The notes: generated from the letters alone by a model not told the origin. 64,000 bases of DNA from an uncultured Gammaproteobacteria bacterium (GCA_963797555.1 CAWCPV010000016.1:96001-160000), one strand, 5' to 3'; numbered from the stretch's first letter, positions 11,464 to 22,592 are shown. Made by a program: numbers and translations.

Positions 11464-11794
11464 TGCCCCGCTTCGTGGTCTGCCGTAACGGTTCTCCATC
11501 CGGTCCGGCGAGGACTTTGTTCACATGCGGGACATCGGTGAGACCTGGACCGACTCCCAGATCTGGAAGTACGCCGAGGATCGAGACATGGTCATTGTCT
11601 CGAAAGATGCGGATTTCTCGGATCGGGCGATGATCAGCGTCCCGCCGCCGCGTATGGTCCACATCCGCTTCGGCAAGATGCGCATCCGGGACTTCCGTGA
11701 TCTGCTCTCCAGCATGTAGCCGCGCATCGTCGGCCTGAGCGCCAAGAACCGAATGGTGCAGTTCTATCAGGACCGAATCGAGACCATCGAGTGA
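11463..11794 (+). pseudogene. DUF5615 PIN-like toxin, disrupted
   Basis: DSQIWKYA and IVSKDADFSD motifs. N-terminal break and in-frame TAG at 11717. The same frame ends in a TGA overlapping the pglZ GTG. Confidence 0.75.
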
Positions 11795-14098
11795 CCGGCC
11801 CGACCATTCTGGAACACCTGATCCAGCGGATTCGGCAAGCGGCCGTTTACAACCGCCACGACCTCGCAGCGCCGTCCGTGGTGTTGTGGACCGACGGAGA
11901 GCGCCTGTGGTCGAAGGTCATCCCTCTGCTGCGCGATGCCATGCCCGAGCTGCTGATTCTGGCCCCGAGATCGCCGACGAGCGCACCGGGCCGTCGACTT
12001 GGCTTCGTTATCGGCTCGCCCGCATCAATTGGCAAGAGACACCGGTCGTCTACCTGCCCGGGATACCGCGCCACGCATTTCGCGGTGCGGCCGGGTTCCC
12101 CGAGGCCGCGCGGCACCTATTCGCGCTTCAGTACCAGGGCCAGTTCTGGGGCCAATTGAACGGCAAGGACTGGACGCCGTCGGCCTTCCTGTCGTCACAG
12201 GAGGGCGGGCTCGGCCTCGATCTCGCCCGAGACCGCGCGACCCTGGAGGCGGTGAGCGCCCAACTGGTCCACGTGTTGCGCGCAACCCCCGAAAGCCTCG
12301 CGGGCCGGCGCCTCGAGGCGGCGGACTTCCATGGATTGGCGGCGGGCGATCCGGTCGGCCTGCTGTTGGAGTGGATGGCCGCCGAGGACGGCAAGCACGA
12401 CGACTGGCCCCTGAGCGCTGGACCGGATTCAAGGCCCTGTGCAAGCCGACCTTCGGTCTGGACCCAGACAAGGACGGCATCATCATCGCGGTAGACAAGC
12501 TGGTCGCGGGAGGAGGAATCTGGGATCAAGTGTGGACGCGTTACCGCCAGGCGCACAAGGCTTTCGCCGGGGTGCGCAAGGCACTGGATCTGGCGCGGCC
12601 GAAGGACCTGCTCGATGACGCCAACGACCGGATGCCGGCCGCGAACCGCAAGCAGGAGGCCGAACTGCGCTCGGGCCTCATGGGGCTCGCGGCGCTCCCG
12701 AAGGCCCGAGCACTGGAGAAGCTGAAGCAGCTCTGCGGGCAGCATGTAACTCGTGCGGATTCGCTCTGGGCGGACCTCGGCGAGGCGCCGCTGGCGCGGA
12801 CGGCCGTGCACTTGAAGACGCTAGTGGACGGCGCCGCCGCGGGGGGCTTGGGCAATGACTGGGAAGCGCTGGCCGCCGGCTACCTCGCCCGCGGCTGGCT
12901 CGTCGATGCTTCCGCTTGGCGCGCTTACGCTGCCGTGCGTGACGCACCGGATGTGGAGGCCGTGACGGCGGCACTGCGGGCCGTCTACCTGCCCTGGCTG
13001 GAGAACCTCGCGGAGCAGGTGCAGGGCTGGGCCGCCAGCTATCCCACCGCCGACCCGGCCAAGTGTCCCGTGTTCGGGCCTGCCCCCGGGACCGTGCTGG
13101 TGTTCGTGGACGGCCTTCGCTGCGACCTGGGCCTGGAGCTGGCTCGTTTGCTCCAAGAACACGGCCTTGCGGTGGAAATTGCAAGGCACTGGTCCGCCTT
13201 GCCCACGGTGACGGCGACGGCCAAGCCCGCGTGGCGACCGTTGGCGGACGGATTGGTCGGGAGCACTTTGTCAGAGGGGTTCGAGCCGCAGATCGCCGAG
13301 ACTGGAAAAAACCTCAAGACCCAAGCCTTCCGCAACCTGGTCGCCGACCTCGGCTGGCCCTGGCTGGAGCCGACGAGTACCGGCGACCCGACCGGCGCCG
13401 CATGGACCGAGACCGGTACCTTCGACCACGATGGCCATACGCAGGGGGCGCGCCTCGCCTGGCGGATGGAGGAGGACCTTCGGGCTGTCGGCCTGCGCGT
13501 ACGGGACCTGCTCCACGCCGGCTGGCAACGCGCGGTGCTGATCACGGATCACGGCTGGCTGCTCCTCCCCGGCGGACTGCCCAAGGTCGACCTACCGGCC
13601 CACCTGACCCAATCCCGCTGGCCCCGTTGCGCCGTGCCCCAGCCCGGTGCCCATCACGGGTTCGAGGAGTTGCCGTGGTTCTGGGGCGGGGGCCACTCCG
13701 TGGTCTGCGCACCGGGTGTCTCGGCCTTCAAGTCGGGCATCGAGTATGCCCACGGGGGCTTGACCCTGCAGGAAGCGCTGACGCCGATGCTGACGGTCAC
13801 AGCGGGCCAGCGGGCGGCGCAACCCATCGAGATCGCGAGCATCGAGTGGAAAGGCATGCGCCTGCGCGTGCAATTGAAGGGCGGGTTCTCCGGCACGGTC
13901 CTGGACATTCGCACGAAGCCGGCGGACGCGGGCTCTTCCGTGCTCGACTCCGAGCGGCGACTGCAGCCGCCCGGCGACGACGGGGCGGCCGCGCTGCTGG
14001 TGACGGACGACGAGTTCGAAGGTGCCGCCGCAGTGCTCGTGGTGATTCGGGACGGCGCGGTCGTGGCCAAGCAGCCGGTGACCATCGGTGGGGACTGA
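11791..14098 (+). CDS. pglZ: BREX phosphatase PglZ (type B-like), frameshifted
   Basis: VFVDGLRCD, LPTVTATAK, LITDHGW and YAHGGLTLQE alkaline-phosphatase-superfamily motifs. Frame breaks near 11960 and 12410. Confidence 0.88.
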
Positions 14099-14102
14099 AT
14101 CC

Positions 14103-16181
14103 ATGCAGCTCGACGCGCTCGACCAGATTGCGGCCAGGGCATTCGACGGCTTCATCGTCCGCAAGGACCTGGTGCGCCGCTTCAAGGGCCAGTATCCGGT
14201 GCCTACCTATGTGGGCGAGTTCCTGCTCGGACGCTATTGCTCCAGCACCGACGAGCGCGAGATCCAGGAGGGCCTGGAGATCGTGCAGCGCCAGCTCGAA
14301 AGCCGCACCGTGCGCGCCGGGGAGGAGGAGCTGTTCAAGGCGCGCGCCAAGGAGCAGGGCCGGGTGAAGCTGATCGACCTGATTACCGCCCGCTTGGACG
14401 CCAAGAACGATTGCTTCGTCGCCGAGCTGCCGAGCCTGCGGATTAGAGATGTCCGGATCGGCGACGAGCTGGTCCACACTCACGAGCGGATGCTGACCGG
14501 CGGTTTCTACGCCGAGGTGGATCTCAGCTACGACCCGAGCATCGCCGAGGAGAAGCATGGTCGGCCCTTCGGCATCGAGTCCCTGCGGGAGATCCAGCTC
14601 TCCAAGCGCGACGCTCTGGACACCATGGCCCGCGGGAGGATGCTCTTCACCTTCGAAGAATGGCGCAATTTCCTGTTGCGCAGCATCGGCCTGGAGCCCG
14701 AGAGCCTGACCGCGCGCACTCGCGACGTGATGCTCCTGCGTATGGTCCCCTTCGTCGAGAACAACTACAACGCCATCGAGCTGGGACCCCGCGGGACCGG
14801 CAAGAGCCATCTCTTCCAGCAGGTCTCGCCGTATGCGCACCTGGTCTCCGGCGGCAAGGCGTCGGTTGCGAGGATGTTCGTCAACAACAGCACCGGGCAG
14901 CGTGGGCTGGTGTGCCAATACGACGTGGTCTGCTTCGACGAGGTCTCGGGCATCACCTTCGATCAGAAGGATGGCGTCAACATCATGAAGGGCTACATGG
15001 AGTCCGGAGAGTTCAGCCGGGGCAAAGAGAGCATCCGGGGCTTCGGCAGCATCTACATGGTCGGCAACTTCGACGTGGATGTCGCGCACCAGCAGCGCAT
15101 CGGCCATCTGTTCGGTCCCCTGCCCCCGGAGATGCGCGACGATACCGCCTTCATGGACCGCATCCACGCCTATCTGCCGGGGTGGGATATCCCCAAGGTC
15201 AGCCGCGAGCAGCTCACGGATCACTTCGGCCTGGTGAGCGATTTCCTGTCCTCCTGCTGGAATCACCTGCGCGCTTCCTCGCGGCTGCAGAAGCTCCAGG
15301 GGCGCATCCACTTCGGCGGGGCGCTGAGCGGGCGTGATACGAACGCCGTCCACAAGACCATGAACGGCCTGCTGAAGCTCATGTACCCATACTCGACCGT
15401 CGAGGGAGGGGAAGGCGCCGAATACGCGGACCGAGAGATCCCGGACGAGGCCATCGAGTGGGCCGCCCGGCTCGCGCTGGAATGCCGCCGCCGCGTCAAG
15501 GAGCAGCAGAAGCGCATCGGCTCCGCGGAGTTCCGCAATACCCACTTCAGCTTTCAACTGGGCGTCGACGGCATCGAGCAGTTCGTCGCCACACCGGAGC
15601 TACAGAGCGAGGACAGCATCGGCGACGATCCCTTGCCGCCCGGGCAGGTCTGGGTCCTGTCACCCGGCGGCCCGGATGAGCATCCCGGGCTGTTCAGGCT
15701 GGATGCCACCGAGGGACCCGGCTCGGGAGTGAAGATCCTCAACCAGCCGCCGCCCGCCCCTTTCAAGGAGAGCGTGCGCTGCGCCGAGCAGAACCTTTAC
15801 GCCAGGGCGAGGGAACTGGTGGGCGACCGGGACCCGAGGTCGCATGAGTTCTCGGTCCAGATGCGCGCCTTCGATGCCAGCAAGACCGGCACAGCGACGG
15901 GTGTCGCCGCGTTGCTCGCCCTGTGCTCGGCGCTGCTGGAGAGAAGCCTCAAGGGCGGCCTGATCGTTGTCGGCGGGCTCAATCTCGGCGGGTCCATCGA
16001 ACCCATCTACAACGCCGTCAGCGTCGTCGAGGCCGCCGCCGACAAGGGGGCGAAGATGGTTCTTCTGCCGGTGACCACCAGAAAGCAGCTCATCGAACTG
16101 GACGACGCCATCGCGACACGCGTCACCCTGGTCTTCTACTCGGACGCTCGGGACGCGCTGCTCAAGGCGCTCATCGAGTAG
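14103..16181 (+). CDS. brxL: BREX Lon-like protein BrxL
   Basis: VPTYVGEFLLGRYC, ELGPRGTGKSH, VVCFDEV, AFMDRIHAYLPGW and a C-terminal Lon-like domain. Intact ORF. Confidence 0.93.
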   Translation: MQLDALDQIAARAFDGFIVRKDLVRRFKGQYPVPTYVGEFLLGRYCSSTDEREIQEGLEIVQRQLESRTVRAGEEELFKARAKEQGRVKLIDLITARLDAKNDCFVAELPSLRIRDVRIGDELVHTHERMLTGGFYAEVDLSYDPSIAEEKHGRPFGIESLREIQLSKRDALDTMARGRMLFTFEEWRNFLLRSIGLEPESLTARTRDVMLLRMVPFVENNYNAIELGPRGTGKSHLFQQVSPYAHLVSGGKASVARMFVNNSTGQRGLVCQYDVVCFDEVSGITFDQKDGVNIMKGYMESGEFSRGKESIRGFGSIYMVGNFDVDVAHQQRIGHLFGPLPPEMRDDTAFMDRIHAYLPGWDIPKVSREQLTDHFGLVSDFLSSCWNHLRASSRLQKLQGRIHFGGALSGRDTNAVHKTMNGLLKLMYPYSTVEGGEGAEYADREIPDEAIEWAARLALECRRRVKEQQKRIGSAEFRNTHFSFQLGVDGIEQFVATPELQSEDSIGDDPLPPGQVWVLSPGGPDEHPGLFRLDATEGPGSGVKILNQPPPAPFKESVRCAEQNLYARARELVGDRDPRSHEFSVQMRAFDASKTGTATGVAALLALCSALLERSLKGGLIVVGGLNLGGSIEPIYNAVSVVEAAADKGAKMVLLPVTTRKQLIELDDAIATRVTLVFYSDARDALLKALIE

Positions 16182-16249
16182 GCGGCGGTTTTGCGTTGGA
16201 CGGGGGGCTCCGCCTATCCTTCGTGACCCGGCGCCGGAACGACGCCTCT

Positions 16250-16332
16250 AACCGGTCCTGGCGGACTTTCACCGCCCCGGAACATAAAAACGGTGGCGCC
16301 ATGACCGGTTTCCCTCCCGCAAAACGGGGGAG
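16250..16332. repeat. Hairpin repeat element, copy 1
   Basis: AACCGGTCCTGGCG...CGCCATGACCGGTT stem plus CTCCC-GCAAAACGG-GGGAG hairpin. Homologous to 45710-45808. Confidence 0.65.
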
Positions 16333-16356
16333 ATCGGTTCTCCCTCCACGAGCCGT

Positions 16357-16431
16357 GTAGGTCGGGTTAGCGTAGCGTAACCCGACATCTCCCAACGTCG
16401 GGTTACGGCCTTGGGGCCTAACCCGACCTAC
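16357..16431. repeat. GTAG-family REP doublet (REPIN-like)
   Basis: GTAGGTCGGGTTAG...TAACCCGAC and an inverted partner ending CTAACCCGACCTAC. Confidence 0.8.
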
Positions 16432-16585
16432 CCGTCTTATTCTTCGTTACCCCTCGCTTGAATTCGCACGACGCCTGGTAGGCAAGGGTTTGGCGGTTTC
16501 ATAGAAGATCGGAAAGGCCCTCGTGCTTCGGGAACAGATTTCAGTTCTCGCCATAGGAAGGTGTTCACCCGCTCCCTCTCCGCGG

Positions 16586-18686
16586 TCACAGCGACGCCGT
16601 GAACCCGATGGCCCGGCTGGTATGCGCGCCTTTCAGGCGGCTCTCGGTGTCGAGGCGCTCCAGCAGCGTCTCGGCGACCAGGTCCTCATCGCTCAGGCGA
16701 GTCTGACGCAGCACGGTGGCGAAGTCACCCGGCGTGAGGTTGTCGAGCCGCGCCAGCCGGAACAGGATCTGCTCACCCAGCCTTTCCGCGCCTGGAGCGG
16801 ACTCCCGGAGCGTCGCGAGGAACAGCCGCTCCGCCTGTTCGCGGGTCAGGAAGCGGTACTCCACCTTGAAGTCGAAGCGCCGCAGCACCGCCTCGTCGAG
16901 CTGCTCCATGAGGTTGGTGGCGCAGACGAAGATGCCCTCGAACTCCTCCAGTTGCTTGAGGAGCTCGTTCACCTGAGTGACCTCCCAAGAGCGAACGGCG
17001 CCCTGGCGGCTCCGGAGGAAGCTGTCCGCCTCGTCCAGCAGCAGAATGGCGCCTTCTGAGGCTGCTTGCCGGAACATGGCGGCGATGTTCTTCTCCGTCC
17101 GCCCGAGGTACATGTCGAGAAGATCCGAGGCGCGCCGCTCGATGAGCGGGCAGTCCAGATGCTCGGCAAGATGCTGGCCGAAGGCGGTCTTGCCGGTACC
17201 CGGTGGACCGTAGAGGCAGACCCGACCCTGCCGCGTGCGTCCGAGCCCCTCGGCCAGGGACCGCAGGTCGGTGCTGGCATGGCAGTAGTCGAGGTCGTAT
17301 GGGAGCGTCGGGAGCCCCCGAGGCTTCAGCGAAAAGGGAATTCCCCGCACCTCGAAGTGCCCGCGCAAGGTCCGTTCGAGGACCGCCTCCATCTCGCCGG
17401 GGGTGTCCGCGCCGAGGCGGGCCACCACTTTGCGGGCGCGTTCGATGTCGGCCGGGGTGAGGTGCTCGTTGCCGGCCAGGCGGTCGAGGGTCTCCTCGCT
17501 CACCGGCAAGTCCCCGAGGGCGCTCTGGAGCATGCCTCTTCGGACCTGCCGGGGCGGCACCGGAAGCTCCTGCACATAGTCGAAGCGGCGCAGGTAGGCG
17601 GGGTCGAACTGGTCCACGTGGTTGCTGAGCCAGAAGGTGGGTACCGGATTCTCTTCCAGGAGCTGGTTCACCCAGCCCTTGGTGCGGCCCTCGGAGGAGG
17701 ATCGACCGAGCCAGAAAGCGCTCGGCCGCGGGAAAACGTCCTCCACCTCGTCGAACAGGATGAGGTGGCGGGGATGCCGGGAGAGCATGCGCTGGCACAG
17801 GCGGTAGGCCCGGAAGCGGTCGGCGCCCTCGATGCCGTCGCCGTCCTCGTCTCCCGAGGCCACCTCGTAGAGGGTCGCCCCGAGCGCTTCGGAGAGCGCC
17901 CGCGCAAGCTCGGTCTTGCCGGTCCCCGACCGGCCGTGGAGGAGGATGTTGACGCCCCGAGCGCGGGTCTCCAGGACACGCTGGATATATCGGAGCAGAA
18001 GCTCCACCGGCTCCTTCAGGTGGGGATACTGGTCGAGGCGTACCCTCGCCCGGGGGCTCGGGCGGAACTGGGCGACGAACAGGGCGTGGAGATCGCGCTG
18101 CTCGGTCAGCAACGCACTGCCCGCGCCCTTGAGGAGCTCCAGCTTGCCCGCTAGTGCATAGGACCCGCGGTGGTCCACCTCGACCAGGCCCGCAGCACGC
18201 AAGGTGCCCTCCCGATGCAGGGCGCACTCGATGTCCGGGCGCGCCAGCTCGAGCACCGCGGAGAGCAAGCGGACGAGATCGCCACTATTCAGATCCCCAG
18301 CGCGTTCCCCGCACTCCCGCAGCAGGTTGTCGCTATGGAGCACCACCGTGAACAGCAGCAGTTCGGTCTCCGCCGCGCTGAGATCGAGCAGCTTCGCCAG
18401 ACGGCGGACGTTGCGCATCAGCGGACCGGAGCGCCGCGGCGGCCCGCTCGGCGTCTCGCGCAGTCGGCTCCGCACCGCCTGCCGGACCTGGGCGGAACTC
18501 AGGTCCTCCAGGGTTTCCGCATCGAGCCCGAGCAGGGGGCACAGGAGGTCCTGGTCCACTATCGGCGGAACAATGCGCGGCCGCCTCATGCCGTAAGCCA
18601 AAAGCCGCAGGGACCAGAGTCGAGACTGGGCCTCGAAGCCTTCCACGCTGCCCGCACCGAACGAACCGCGACGACGACGTCTCGAT
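16586..18686 (-). CDS. Tandem AAA+ ATPase
   Basis: Two Walker A motifs (GRSGTGKT, GPPGTGKT), two Walker B motifs (ILFDEVE, LLLDEAD), two RRFD arginine fingers and a C-terminal IGF. Start uncertain (about 18590-18690). Confidence 0.88.
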
Positions 18687-18720
18687 GGGGTGATCCTCTC
18701 TGCCAGGAATGGTAGGGACC

Positions 18721-18795
18721 ATTCTGGCCCAGGATCGCGACAAATCATGTCACCTGCTGTCGTGATTTGTCGCAACGGGTGCTTACGCTTAAACT
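18721..18795. promoter_or_regulatory. Divergent promoter with inverted-repeat operator (putative WYL site)
   Basis: Perfect 11-bp inverted repeat GCGACAAATCA (18737-47) / TGATTTGTCGC (18763-73). TGTCGC-N10-TACGCT points to the WYL gene and TGTCGC-N10-CAGAAT to the AAA gene. Confidence 0.7.
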
Positions 18796-18824
18796 GAACG
18801 ACTGCGGAGACGCAGAGGCGAGCC

Positions 18825-19850
18825 ATGAAGACTAAGACCGACACCTTGCTACGGCAGTGGGCGATGCTGCAGCACATCCCTCGCTACCCGAGGACCATCA
18901 CCACCCAGACCCTCAAAGACCGCCTGGCCGACGAGGGGCACGAGGTCTCCAAACGCACCGTGGAGCGGGACCTGGTGAAGCTGTCGCGAGTCTTCCGCCT
19001 GGGCTCGGAGACCCGGAACCGGGTGCAGCACTGGTTCTGGCCGGAGAACCTGGGCGTGTTCGACATTCCGGGCATGGGTCCGGCGGCGGCCCTCGCCTTC
19101 CGGCTGGCGGAGGCTCATCTCCGGCCGCTTCTTCCTCCGGCGACCCTGCAGTTGCTCGGCCCCTACTTCGAGCGCGCCAAGGAGATCCTGGACGCCGGCA
19201 ATTCAGGCCCCAAGGGTTGGCAGGACAAGGTCCGGGTGATTCCGCGCGGCCCCGAGCTTCGGGCGCCACAGGTCAAGCCCGAGGTCCAGCAGGCGGTCTA
19301 CCAGGCGCTGCTGGAGGAGCGACGGCTCCGGGTGGACTACCATCCGAAGGGCGCCGATCAGTTCCAGACTTACGAGGTGGGTCCCCTCGGGCTGGTGGTG
19401 CGGGAGGGCGTGCTCTATCTGGTCTCGACCCTGTGGGACTACACGGACATTAAGCAGCTCGCTTGTCATCGGATGACGACGGCGAACGTGCTGGAGAAGC
19501 GGGTGCGGCGGCCGCAGGGGTTCGATCTGGACCGCTACATCCGGGGCCAAGGGGAGTTCGCGTATCCCACCGGAAAGGGGAAGGTCCGACTGCGCGCTCT
19601 GTTCGACGAAGCGGCCGCGGAGCACCTGTACGAGCGACCGCTCGCAGACGACCAAGAGCTGAAGACGCGGCGCGACGGCCGAGTGCTCCTGACCGCCACG
19701 GTGCTCGACACCTACGAGCTGCGCTGGTGGCTGCTGGGGTTCGGGGAGCAGGTGGAGGTGGTGGGGCCGAAGGGGCTCAGGCGGGAGTTCGCCCGTATCA
19801 GTCAGGCGATGGCGGGGCGCTATTCAGGATCCGGAACGGAAGCAGCGTAG
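18825..19850 (+). CDS. WYL-domain transcriptional regulator (wHTH-WYL-WCX)
   Basis: N-terminal HTH (VSKRTVERDL), PLGLV..GVLYLV, HRM and WWLLGFGEQVEVVGP. Confidence 0.92.
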   Translation: MKTKTDTLLRQWAMLQHIPRYPRTITTQTLKDRLADEGHEVSKRTVERDLVKLSRVFRLGSETRNRVQHWFWPENLGVFDIPGMGPAAALAFRLAEAHLRPLLPPATLQLLGPYFERAKEILDAGNSGPKGWQDKVRVIPRGPELRAPQVKPEVQQAVYQALLEERRLRVDYHPKGADQFQTYEVGPLGLVVREGVLYLVSTLWDYTDIKQLACHRMTTANVLEKRVRRPQGFDLDRYIRGQGEFAYPTGKGKVRLRALFDEAAAEHLYERPLADDQELKTRRDGRVLLTATVLDTYELRWWLLGFGEQVEVVGPKGLRREFARISQAMAGRYSGSGTEAA

Positions 19851-20082
19851 TTGGTTGCCCGAGGGACCCTTGGGCCGGCGACCCAGGGCCGCGAGGCGCG
19901 CCATCCGCGGCCGCGCGGGAGCCTTGGAAATCAAACAGAAGCGGAACACCAGGTGCCATTTGACCATGGGCCAGTCCGAACAGGCGGCTTGCCGAACTGG
20001 GAGCCACGCCTGCCAGGGGACCGGTCCGGTCCCAACATAGAAGACGCGGTTGCGGTGTTCGCCGCGTGGTAGACTGCGTACG

Positions 20083-20367
20083 ATGGCTACAGTGACTTTC
20101 GACACCCTCAAGTACGTCAAGCGGCTCAAGGAATCCGGGCTTCCCGAAGGTCAGGCGGAGGCACAGGCCGAAGCGCTGGCCGACGTGCTGCAGACCAACC
20201 TCACCGACCTCGCCACACAGCGAGACCTGCGGGCTCTAGAGGACCGTTTGATTGCCCGGATAGATAAGCTGGATGCCCGGCTGAGCGGTGAGATCGCCCT
20301 CCTCAAGTGGATGCTCGGCCTGCTGCTGGGCGGCGTCGCGGCACTAATTCTGAAGGCATTCTTCTGA
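20083..20367 (+). CDS. DUF1640/CCDC90-like coiled-coil membrane-anchored protein
   Basis: FDTLKYVKRLKESG, QAEA, LATQRDL and LLKWMLG followed by a C-terminal TM segment. Confidence 0.8.
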   Translation: MATVTFDTLKYVKRLKESGLPEGQAEAQAEALADVLQTNLTDLATQRDLRALEDRLIARIDKLDARLSGEIALLKWMLGLLLGGVAALILKAFF

Positions 20368-20540
20368 CGGGGCTGACTCTGGACATTGCCCGAGCTCCGC
20401 CGTGTCGCGCCTTCGATGCACGAGCTGCATCCCGTTGGACGCGCCTTAGTGCACCTGCGGCAGTTCGGCTGCAACCCATCCGCCCCACAGCAGGGCACGC
20501 CGGCCAACGGCATACCTTCCACCCACGAGCCACATGTCAT

Positions 20541-20640
20541 CGTCATTCCGGCATGGATTGCCGGAATCCAGAGACCAGGGACGGTCATCCGGATCACATC
20601 CCTGTGCCTAGATTTCCGCCACTCCATGGCGGAAGGAGAT
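20541..20640. repeat. CGTC-family REP doublet (degenerate)
   Basis: CGTCATTCCGGCATGGATTGCCGGAATCCAG plus a degenerate inverted partner at about 20607-20640. Confidence 0.7.
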
Positions 20641-20776
20641 TTGTGCAGGGACATGGCTCAAGGGTTTGCGCTGGCACCCGTCGAAGCTGCCCAGCCCCGA
20701 GACCGTCCGATTGACGGACACCCCGTAGCTTCCTATGCTGGAGGCTGTCAACCATAGCGTCCGGCCTACATTGGCC

Positions 20777-21430
20777 ATGTCCCTCGCGCTGAAGGTCACC
20801 ACTGCCGACGGAAAGGAATTCGCCGGCCCCTACTTGCTGCGGGTGGGTGGGTGGACCGAGGAGCGCTATTTCGCCGAGGCGCCTGAATCACAAATCGTCG
20901 AATTCGATGACGGGGACCTCATCGTGCCGTCTCCTCTCAACATCCACCACCAAGACTTGGTCGGCTTTCTGTCGTTCCTGCTGCGCGGATACGTAAGCTC
21001 GAAGGGCTTGGGGCGGGTCTTCAATGGTCCAGCCGTCGTCCGGCTTCGCCCCGGCCTCGACTACGAGCCCGACATCTTCGTCGTGCTGGCCGAACAGTTG
21101 GCTCAGATCGGCAAGCAGTACATCTCGGGTGGGCCAGCGTTTCTCGTCGAGGTCATCTCGCCCGGCGGACGCAGTTACGACTTGCATTCCAAGGCGGACA
21201 ATTATCGCCGATACGGCGTCCGCGAGTACTGGGCTATCGACCCGGAAACACGCACGCTCCATCAGCACAACCTTTCCGATCACGATGAAGGCCGTTACCT
21301 CGTCAGAGAATACGTCAGTGGCCGGGTGGAAAGCACCGTGCTGCCCGGGTTCTGGATCGACGCCTCGTGGCTCTGGCAGGAGCCCTTACCGGAGGGGTTC
21401 TCGCTCCTGGAAGAGTTGCTTCGGTCCTGA
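20777..21430 (+). CDS. Uma2 family endonuclease
   Basis: HQDLV, EPDIFV, LVEVISP and YRRYGVREYWAIDP. Confidence 0.9.
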   Translation: MSLALKVTTADGKEFAGPYLLRVGGWTEERYFAEAPESQIVEFDDGDLIVPSPLNIHHQDLVGFLSFLLRGYVSSKGLGRVFNGPAVVRLRPGLDYEPDIFVVLAEQLAQIGKQYISGGPAFLVEVISPGGRSYDLHSKADNYRRYGVREYWAIDPETRTLHQHNLSDHDEGRYLVREYVSGRVESTVLPGFWIDASWLWQEPLPEGFSLLEELLRS

Positions 21431-21586
21431 GAGCGCGCTGTTCCTGGCACAGGACATGCCTTGCCAGTCAGTGGCCGTGAGGCGGAGCTTGGGACGGCGG
21501 TGCGCTGCGGATACCGGCCTCGGTCGTGTCGTGGGAAATAAAACAACGACCCCAATCACGTTGAAATGTGCGCGCGAGCTTGGTAC

Positions 21587-21717
21587 TTACACACAATTCG
21601 TCATTCCGTACAGGGAGTGTACGGAATCCAGGGGCAAGGATGCCGAGCCATGCCGTCCGTGGCCTCTGGATTCCGGCTTCCCAGCCGGAATGACAGTTGA
21701 GACCAAGAGTTGTGTAA
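21587..21717. repeat. CGTC-family REP doublet within a MITE-like unit
   Basis: CGTCATTCCG..CGGAATCCAG / CTGGATTCCGGC..GCCGGAATGAC (21599-21694), bracketed by TTACACA and TGTGTAA. Confidence 0.7.
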
Positions 21718-21736
21718 CGGCAAGGGCCTACGGGGT

Positions 21737-22129
21737 TTACAGATGGCTCAGGGTCACCGGCCGAACCAGCTCGGAATAGCGTGCCAGGAAGGCATCCGAG
21801 GTCACCAGGTAGGCGGGCAGCGTTTGTGCTTGAGCGACCAACAGGCGGTCGAACCGGTCGTGGTGGTGCCAAGGTAAGCGTGCGACAGCAAACGCGTGGG
21901 CTGCGGCGATAGGCAGCTCGGTGAATCCGGTATCGATTGCCACTCGGTGCACCTCGTCGGGCGGAACGGAAAAGTCGCCCCGTCCCAGTGAGGTCTTGAT
22001 GGCGATCTCCCAAATACGGGCAGCGCTGAACAGGATCTCACACTCGGGATCCCGAAGCTGCGCATGTACACCGCCGGGCAGCCGCTCTGGATCGATGACG
22101 GCTGCCAGCAGAACGTTCGTATGGATCAA
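21737..22129 (-). CDS. vapC: VapC PIN toxin (N-terminus possibly damaged)
   Basis: SAARIWEIAIK and HHDRFDRLLVAQAQ. The conserved first Asp reads as His (IHTNVLL). Confidence 0.8.
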   Translation of the reverse strand: MIHTNVLLAAVIDPERLPGGVHAQLRDPECEILFSAARIWEIAIKTSLGRGDFSVPPDEVHRVAIDTGFTELPIAAAHAFAVARLPWHHHDRFDRLLVAQAQTLPAYLVTSDAFLARYSELVRPVTLSHL

Positions 22130-22147
22130 GAGCTGTTACCCGGACAC

Positions 22148-22387
22148 CTAATCCTCCCCTTCGAACATGCGCCGAATCTCATTGGCATGCAGGGTGTCGA
22201 AATCTTCGGGAACTTCGAAGTGGCCCCTGCCGAGACCGAGCTGCCGCGGTTGCTTGCGCGGCTGCAGCGGCACCAGGCGCGCGATCGGCTTGCCGGCCTT
22301 GGCGATGATGATCTCCTCGCCCGCGGCCGCCTCCTCAACGTAGCAGGACAGGTGGGTCTTGGCCTCGTGGATGTTGATGGTCCTCAC
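22148..22387 (-). CDS. Phd/YefM family antitoxin
   Basis: INIHEAKTHLS and GEEIIIAKAGKPIARLVP. Confidence 0.9.
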   Translation of the reverse strand: MRTINIHEAKTHLSCYVEEAAAGEEIIIAKAGKPIARLVPLQPRKQPRQLGLGRGHFEVPEDFDTLHANEIRRMFEGED

Positions 22388-22592
22388 GGCGGAAACCCCG
22401 ACGGAGCAACTGACCGGACCAAACCTTAGTTCATGCCTGGATCGGTGTCGATGGTGCCCGACGCCCGAAAAGAATTGCGTCCCCGTTTACATCCCAAAGG
22501 CAAGACGAAAGACGCGACCCCAACCCGATCCCGCGCGGGGTATGCCGGCTGGTGCGGGGGCTACCGGCCAACCCCGAGCACCGCCTGGATTG

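Noticed and set aside
1351-14098. Programmed ribosomal frameshifting in brxC, pglX and pglZ
   Set aside because: The breaks are numerous, lack a consistent slippery site and also occur in unrelated genes. Sequencing indels or decay are more likely.
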